Shown piece by piece: positions 6,510 to 10,884 of a stretch of DNA of 10,884 nt; position 1 is the first letter of the stretch; every line of letters begins with the position of its first letter. The stretch is taken from the NCBI GenBank assembly GCA_964548195.1, contig CAZJQC010000027.1:1-10884 (forward strand), in the 5' to 3' direction. The DNA is from an uncultured bacterium (GTDB lineage: Bacteria > Macinerneyibacteriota > Macinerneyibacteria > Macinerneyibacteriales > DSCS01). The notes below the pieces were generated by a model that did no database searches, had not been told where the DNA came from, and saw only the letters and a list, made by a program, of their open reading frames with translations. The translations under genes and the position numbers were made by a program.

Positions 6510-8543
6510 TCAGTCGATGTATTTTTTTACTGTGTCTTCAATCAGTTTTTCCGAAGGTATGTAAGGCAATGTGATATGATCCCTTCCGGCGTTTTTTTCA
6601 TTGTATTCCATGCCGGTGGCGACGGCGTTTTCATTTCTTGCCCAGGCGCGTCTTGCGACGCCGCCCATCACGTCCCACGGCATGGCGCTTCTGATGACGG
6701 CATCCACACGCTCGCTGCCGTCGAGCACCAGTCCGAAACCGCCGTTTATCACCTTTCCTATGCCCACGCCTCCGCCGTTATGGAGAGCCACAAGGCTCAT
6801 GCCTCTGGCGGCATTGCCGGCGAAACAGTTGGTCGCCATGTCGGCCATGATATTGCTGCCATCCTTGATATTGGACGTCTCGCGGAAGGGTGAATCGGTG
6901 CCCGCAGTGTCGTGATGGTCCCTGCCGAGCATGATCGGGCCCGTCTCCCCGTTTCTCACCATCTCATTGAATCTCAATGCTATGTTCATCCTGCCCATGG
7001 CATCCTGATAAAGTATCCTTGCCTGCGTGCCCACCACCAGCCGGTTTTTGTCGGCATCCTTGATCCAGAGATAATTGTCTCTGTCCTGATAGCGTCTGTC
7101 GGGGTCGATACAGGAGGCCGCCGCCGCGTCTGTCTTCAGCAGGTCCTCACGCTTTCCGCTCAAACATACCCATCTGAAAGGGCCGTATCCGAAATCAAAA
7201 AGCTGCGGGCCCAGTATGTCCTCCACATAAGACGGAAATATAAAGCCCTCTTTTTCGTCGACGCCGTTTTTGGCGATCTCCGTGACGCCCGCGTCGAAAA
7301 CCGCCTTCATGAAGCTGTTTCCGTAATCGAAGAAATAAACGCCACGGGCTACCAGCCTCTTTACAAGCGCATAATGCTCTTTCAAAGATTCATCGACCAT
7401 CTTTATAAATCTTTCCTTGTCATGCTCCATCATATGCGTGCGCTCCTCAAAAGTGAGGCCGACGGGGCAGTAGCCGCCGTCATACGCCGCATGGCAGGAA
7501 GTCTGGTCCGAAAGCATGTCGATGTTCTTATTTTCATCCGCGGCATATCTGAGCAAGTCCACGATGTTTCCGTGATATGCCACCGAGCAGGCCTTTTTCG
7601 CGGACACGGCTTTTTCGGCAATGGCGAAAGCCTCCGCCGCCGAATCCGTTACTTCCGAGACCCAGCCCTGCGAATGTCGCGTATCTATCCTTGACCTGTC
7701 CACTTCGGCGAAGATGCCCACGCCATTGGCTATTTCCACGGCCTTAGGCTGGGCGCCGCTCATCCCGCCCAATCCGGACGAGACAAAGACCTTGCCTGTA
7801 AGGTCACCGTCACCGGCAATACCAAGCTTGGCCCTTCCGGCATTGAGTATGGTGCTGTACGTGCCGTGCACTATTCCCTGCGGGCCTATATACATCCAGC
7901 CGCCCGCGGTCATCTGTCCGTAATTGGCCACGCCCATCGCGGCGGCCCTTGCCCAGTTCTCATAATCATCGAACATGCCTATCATAAGGCCGTTTGTGAG
8001 TATGACCCTCGGCGCCTCGGGGCGGGAATAAAACAGTCCGCAGGGATGGCCGGAATGAAGCACCAGCGTCTGTTCGTCCGTAAGTTCCTCAAGATATTTT
8101 TTGATCAGATGATACTGCATCCAGTTCTGGCAGACCTGCCCGGTCTCGCCATAGGTGACCAGCTCATAGGGATACAGGGCTATTTCAAAATCAAGATTAT
8201 TGTCTATCATCACCTGAAAGGCCTTGCCTTCGACAGTCCTTCCCCTGTATTCCTCCAGAGGCTTGCCCCAGATACGCCCTTCGGGCCTGAAGCGGTAACC
8301 GTATATACGGCCTCTGGTCATAAGCTCTTCCATAAATTCAGGGGCAAGCTGTTCATGCCATTTTTCGGGTATATATCTCAGGGCGTTTTTCAACGCCAGC
8401 CTGATATCATTTTTTGAAAGCTTTGCCTCCCTTTTCGGGGCCCGTCTTTTGTCTTTTTCAAAGGCCGGCATCTCAGGCAGTTCATCGAAAATAGCGTCCA
8501 GTTTCACCGTCATCGCGTTGCCTATTGTCTTATTGTTCAGCAT
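6510..8543 (-). CDS. hutU: Urocanate hydratase, long (~677 aa) type
   Basis: Motifs PYELVTYG, YGQMTAGGWMYIGPQGIVHGT, GLGGMSGAQPKA, SDQTSCH, FDYGN, GPFRWVCLSG, GRDHHD..GTDSPFRETS and LHNGGGVGIG. Start placed at the ATG at 8543 behind AAAGGAGG. Confidence 0.98.
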   Translation of the reverse strand: MLNNKTIGNAMTVKLDAIFDELPEMPAFEKDKRRAPKREAKLSKNDIRLALKNALRYIPEKWHEQLAPEFMEELMTRGRIYGYRFRPEGRIWGKPLEEYRGRTVEGKAFQVMIDNNLDFEIALYPYELVTYGETGQVCQNWMQYHLIKKYLEELTDEQTLVLHSGHPCGLFYSRPEAPRVILTNGLMIGMFDDYENWARAAAMGVANYGQMTAGGWMYIGPQGIVHGTYSTILNAGRAKLGIAGDGDLTGKVFVSSGLGGMSGAQPKAVEIANGVGIFAEVDRSRIDTRHSQGWVSEVTDSAAEAFAIAEKAVSAKKACSVAYHGNIVDLLRYAADENKNIDMLSDQTSCHAAYDGGYCPVGLTFEERTHMMEHDKERFIKMVDESLKEHYALVKRLVARGVYFFDYGNSFMKAVFDAGVTEIAKNGVDEKEGFIFPSYVEDILGPQLFDFGYGPFRWVCLSGKREDLLKTDAAAASCIDPDRRYQDRDNYLWIKDADKNRLVVGTQARILYQDAMGRMNIALRFNEMVRNGETGPIMLGRDHHDTAGTDSPFRETSNIKDGSNIMADMATNCFAGNAARGMSLVALHNGGGVGIGKVINGGFGLVLDGSERVDAVIRSAMPWDVMGGVARRAWARNENAVATGMEYNEKNAGRDHITLPYIPSEKLIEDTVKKYID

Positions 8544-8560
8544 GGTTCGCGCCTCCTTTC

Positions 8561-10087
8561 TCAATCGAGCAGTTTCGCGCCCGATTTTTCCTCGATCCTG
8601 GCTACAAAAGCGTCATCATCCAACAAGTCTCTGACAGCGTCTATATCGGGTTTGAACCATCTGTCTTCGCCGATGGGAGCCATGACGCCGAACACCTGTT
8701 CCACCGCGGCTTCAACACCTGCTCCCCCCGTCAAGGGCCGCCTGTACAACACGCCCTGTGAAGCGGCTATAAGCTCAACGGCATATACATTGTAGACGTT
8801 ATCCGTTATATCCGACAGCTGCCTTGCGGCTATCGTCCCCATGCTCACATGATCCTCTTTGCCAGCTGAAGTGGGTATGGAATCAGCGGAAGCGGGATGG
8901 ACCAGCACCTTGTTCTCGGAGACAAGGCTCGCGGCCACGTACTGAGGTATCATCCAGCCTGAATTGACGCCCCCCTTTTCCGTGAGGAAAGGGGGAAGCC
9001 CCCTGTTATAGGAGGGATGCACAAGCCTGTCAGTCCTTCTTTCCGACACATTGCCAAGTTCCGCGACGGCAAGCTTCAAAAAGTCCATGGCCAATGCGAC
9101 GGGCTGTCCGTGGAAATTTCCGCCGGAAATGGCCCCGTCCTCAAAGATCAGAGGGTTGTCGGTGACGCTGTTGAACTCCGTCTCCAGCACATTCACTGCA
9201 TAACGCAGCGCATCTTTTGAAGCCCCGTGTATTTGAGGCATGCATCTCAGCGAATAGGCGTCCTGCACTTCGTCACACTCAACATGCGATTCGCGTATGG
9301 CGCTGCCTTTGAGCATATTCCTTAAATTCGACGCCGTATCGCCCTGCCCCTTGTGAGGCCTTAAAAAATGGACGCGTTCGTCAAAGGCCTTGTCCGTGCC
9401 CATAAGCGCGTCCACGGTCACGGCTCCGGTGATATCGGCTATCTTCATCAGTCTTTTTATCCTGTAGGCGGCCAGCGCCCCCACCGCTGTCATGACCTGG
9501 GTGCCGTTGATAAGGGCCAGCCCCTCTTTGGCCGACAGGGTATGCGGCTTTATGCCCGCGGCTTCCATGGCTTCCTTGCCGGTCATGACCCTGCCTTTAT
9601 ATACGGCTTTGCCTTCCCCCATGAGTACAAGCGCCACATGGGCAAGCGGGGCAAGGTCTCCGCTGGCTCCCACCGAACCCTGGGAAGGGACTACGGGATG
9701 CACCCCTTTATTGAGCATATCGATCAATGTATTGACGGCTTCAAGAGATATGCCTGAAAATCCAAGCGACAGGGCATTTACGCGCAGCAGCATGACGGCC
9801 CTGACCACGTCCGCCGGGAAGGGCTTTCCAACCCCCACTGCATGTGAAAGAATAAGGTTTTTCTGAAGCAGCTTCAGCTCCTCGGCCGATATACGCACAT
9901 TGCTGAAATTGCCGAAACCCGTATTGATCCCGTAAACCACCTTGTCATCGGACAATATGGATTCCACTCTCTTTCTCGACTTGACGATGTTCTCCCTGGA
10001 CTGCTCCGACAAAGAGACAGTGTCTCCGCCCACGGCTGCTTTCCAGACGTCGGCGATCCTTAAAGGTTTTTCCCCTATGACTACCAT
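8561..10087 (-). CDS. hutH: Histidine ammonia-lyase
   Basis: VYGINTGFG; LILSHAVG (the SH pair typical of HAL rather than PAL/TAL); MIO-forming GSVGASGDLAPLAH; KEGLALING; QDAYSLRC; GGNFHGQP; EDHVSMG. GGAGG SD; adjacent to hutU. Confidence 0.98.
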   Translation of the reverse strand: MVVIGEKPLRIADVWKAAVGGDTVSLSEQSRENIVKSRKRVESILSDDKVVYGINTGFGNFSNVRISAEELKLLQKNLILSHAVGVGKPFPADVVRAVMLLRVNALSLGFSGISLEAVNTLIDMLNKGVHPVVPSQGSVGASGDLAPLAHVALVLMGEGKAVYKGRVMTGKEAMEAAGIKPHTLSAKEGLALINGTQVMTAVGALAAYRIKRLMKIADITGAVTVDALMGTDKAFDERVHFLRPHKGQGDTASNLRNMLKGSAIRESHVECDEVQDAYSLRCMPQIHGASKDALRYAVNVLETEFNSVTDNPLIFEDGAISGGNFHGQPVALAMDFLKLAVAELGNVSERRTDRLVHPSYNRGLPPFLTEKGGVNSGWMIPQYVAASLVSENKVLVHPASADSIPTSAGKEDHVSMGTIAARQLSDITDNVYNVYAVELIAASQGVLYRRPLTGGAGVEAAVEQVFGVMAPIGEDRWFKPDIDAVRDLLDDDAFVARIEEKSGAKLLD

Positions 10088-10119
10088 ATATTAAGACCTC
10101 CCGTTAATATTTCATCGAC

Positions 10120-10148
10120 ATTCTATAATATAAAAAAGTAAGCCGCAA
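10120..10148 (-). promoter_or_regulatory. Candidate sigma70-type promoter of hutHU
   Basis: TTGCGG (10148-10143), 17 nt, TAGAAT (10125-10120), 32 nt upstream of the hutH ATG. Confidence 0.5.
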
Positions 10149-10173
10149 CTAATTTCCATTCTTTTTGAGAGAT

Positions 10174-10743
10174 TCAGAACATCATGCCCAGAGAAAATTC
10201 ATATGCGGCGGGCCTGTATTCATCTTCGGACGTGATATATTCCCCCGCGCTCAGGTCTTTCATCCAGCTGGCCAGGCGAAAATCCGTAAACATGCGTTCT
10301 GAAAAAAAGACCTGAGCGCCGTAGTCCCATGTCATGCTGAGCGTGTCCCCGTCAAGCGTGACCTCCGTGTAGGCGGTGCCTGCATCCGATACCTTCGCCG
10401 AGAGAATATAATACAGGGAAAAACCGCCATATATGATCACATACGGCAGCGGCATGACCTTAAGCGCCATACCCGTGCGTATATATTCTGTTTTGAGTAT
10501 CAGACCCCCTGTTTCAAATCCGTTTGAGAGATAGCCCGCGCTCCATTGAACGGCTGTTCTGTCGCAAAGCGTTTTCTGCAGCAGCAGGTCTGCATGATAA
10601 CCATGATAACCGTCTCCGGGTTTAAACCCGGCCCCTTCTCCGTAAGAGCCAGCGCCGACACGGATCCCGGGCCAGAGGCTCTCGGAATAAATGGACAGAA
10701 CCCCGGCAATAAGCAGCAATAAGAAACATACGGTCTTTTTCAT
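10174..10743 (-). CDS. Outer-membrane beta-barrel protein (small, probably 8-stranded, porin-like)
   Basis: Signal peptide MKKTVCFLLLLIAGVLSIYS; alternating amphipathic strands rich in Gly and aromatics (GIRVGAG, QWSAGYL, IYGGFSLYY, WDYGAQVF); C-terminal beta-signal-like YEFSLGMMF ending in Phe. Confidence 0.75.
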   Translation of the reverse strand: MKKTVCFLLLLIAGVLSIYSESLWPGIRVGAGSYGEGAGFKPGDGYHGYHADLLLQKTLCDRTAVQWSAGYLSNGFETGGLILKTEYIRTGMALKVMPLPYVIIYGGFSLYYILSAKVSDAGTAYTEVTLDGDTLSMTWDYGAQVFFSERMFTDFRLASWMKDLSAGEYITSEDEYRPAAYEFSLGMMF

Positions 10744-10749
10744 AGGGAA

Positions 10750-10777
10750 ATTATAACACCGGCGTCCGCATTTAAAA
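10750..10777 (-). promoter_or_regulatory. Extended -10 promoter directly upstream of the OMP start codon (leaderless geometry)
   Basis: TG-T-TATAAT (10758-10750), then 6 nt (TTCCCT) and ATG. No SD. Weak -35 TTTTAA (10777-10772). Confidence 0.7.
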
Positions 10778-10821
10778 GAAAAATATACTCAATAACAGCT
10801 TTAAAACGGAAAGATTCCCAT

Positions 10822-10852
10822 AAAAAAAGGCGGTGTTTAAAACCGCCTTTTT
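10822..10852. terminator. Bidirectional Rho-independent terminator
   Basis: A7-GGCGGT (10822-10834), 7-nt loop, ACCGCC-T5 (10842-10852), giving U-tracts on both strands. Confidence 0.88.
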
Positions 10853-10853
10853 C

Positions 10854-10883
10854 TTAAATCTCGTTATCCTGTTGTTCAGAACA
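10854..10883 (-). CDS. Probable 3' end of an upstream gene (...CSEQQDNEI*)
   Basis: An open minus-strand frame from the right edge ends in TAA at 10856-10854, immediately before the terminator. Too short to identify. Confidence 0.35.
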   Translation of the reverse strand, partial: CSEQQDNEI

Positions 10884-10884
10884 T

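Noticed and set aside
8544..8564. TTG start of hutU at 8564
   Set aside because: The ATG at 8543 has a well-spaced AAAGGAGG SD, which the extension itself encodes.
6486..9866. Plus-strand ORFs antisense to hutU/hutH (e.g. 6912..7694, 7866..8417)
   Set aside because: Explained by codon bias on the coding strand; no protein-like features.
8561..10087. Phenylalanine/tyrosine ammonia-lyase or aminomutase assignment
   Set aside because: The SH specificity pair (LILSHA) and adjacency to urocanase indicate histidase.

Overview
A chromosomal-looking bacterial window, probably from a diderm organism because it encodes a predicted outer-membrane beta-barrel. Almost all genes are on the minus strand. 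Reading right to left: a terminator after a gene entering from the right edge; a probably leaderless OMP beta-barrel gene; hutH-hutU (histidine ammonia-lyase and long-type urocanate hydratase) with no hutI/hutG; one plus-strand 144-aa ORF carrying HEPN-like ExxxR and Rx4H motifs; a lipoprotein subtilisin-family (S8) protease with its own terminator; a two-gene operon of a NapA-like CPA2 cation/H+ antiporter and a PTS EIIA + PII-like fusion protein; and feoA-feoB plus the start of a small coupled ORF, behind a promoter with a DtxR/MntR-type palindrome. No rRNA, tRNA, CRISPR array or mobile element was seen. The most interesting items are the antiporter + EIIA-PII-like module and the solitary putative HEPN protein. 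All family assignments come from recognising motifs by eye; no searches were run.
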